From an uncultured Verrucomicrobiae bacterium (GTDB taxonomy: Bacteria > Verrucomicrobiota > Verrucomicrobiia > Chthoniobacterales > UBA10450), in assembly GCA_963726745.1 (NCBI GenBank), contig CAVSDR010000006.1, positions 768,001 through 832,000 on the forward strand: 64,000 nt of DNA. The letters run 5' to 3'. The position numbers were made by a program, and so were the translations under genes. Under the pieces are notes generated by a model. That model had not been told where the DNA came from and did not search any database. It saw only the letters and a list, made by a program, of their open reading frames with translations. Below are positions 63,289 through 64,000 of this stretch, in pieces (the stretch's first letter is position 1; each line of letters starts with the position of its first letter).

Positions 63289-64000
63289 GTGACCGTAGTG
63301 CCACTCTGGTTTTGGATCGCCTTCCACGTCGGCGTTTTTGTGGTCCTGGCGATCGACCTGATCGGCTTTCATCGCCGCGAGCGCGAGCACGTCATCACGA
63401 TCAAGGAAGCCGCCACCTGGAGCGTGGTCTGGGTGGTTCTTTCCCTCAGCTTCAATCTCCTCGTCTGGCACCTGCGCGGGCCCCAGGCCGCGGTCGAGTT
63501 CTTCACCGGCTACCTGATCGAGTACCTCGCTCAGCGTCGATAACATCTTCGTTTTCGTCCTCATCTTCGGCTACTTCAAGGTGCCCCCGCGGCACCAGCA
63601 CCGCGTCCTCGTGTGGGGCATCCTCGGCGCGCTGGTCATGCGCGGGTTGATGATCGGGATGGGGGTCGCGCTGGTCTCGCGCTTCCATTGGATTCTCTAT
63701 CTCTTCGGCGCCTTTCTCCTGATCACCGGGGTGAAGATGCTCCTGAGCCGCGGCGAGGAGCTGCAGCTCGAGAACAATTTCATCCTGCGCTTTTGCCGCC
63801 GCTGGATGCCGGTGACCAATGAGTATCACGAGCAGCGTTTCGCGGTGAAGCTCAACGGCCGCTGGATGCTCACGCCGCTCGCGCTCGTCCTGATCACGAT
63901 CGAGACGATGGACGTCGTCTTCGCGGTCGACTCCATCCCCGCGGTCTTCGCGATCACGCGCGACGAGTTCATCATCTACACCTCGAATGTCTGCGCCATC
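63289..64000 (+). CDS. TerC/Alx-family membrane protein (frameshift near 63527; 3' end outside window)
   Basis: FFTGYLIEY/SLSVDNIFVF; QHRVLVWGILGALVMRG; DVVFAVDSIPA; IIYTSNV. Confidence 0.93.

Overview
GC-rich (roughly 64% by eye) bacterial chromosome segment. Gene content (PEP-CTERM protein, long GreA, secreted proteins with tandem 'NISTR' C-terminal repeats) points to Verrucomicrobiota, probably Chthoniobacterales/Spartobacteria (inference). Mostly housekeeping: rpsA, asnS, speA, his operon running into kdsA-lptCAB-hpf-hprK-HPr-EI, coaD-yceD...rpmF-plsX-fabH, tatD, gmd, rph, and a 23S-5S rRNA unit with no linked 16S. About 20 indels split even essential genes, most likely long-read assembly errors. 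Main highlights: (1) a non-palindromic motif TCGTTAG(GC) strongly over-represented on both strands and in several reading frames, often through rare codons; (2) a complete His-codon leader-peptide attenuator missed by the ORF track; (3) an ArsR-linked ten-gene sulfane-sulfur/thiosulfate operon containing a 5'-nucleotidase-fold enzyme, an exported DsrE and a flavin disulfide reductase; (4) a cupredoxin + diheme cytochrome c + membrane wHTH sensor block sitting between yceD and rpmF; (5) a coiled-coil lipoprotein with a ZU5-like domain ending in HFC.
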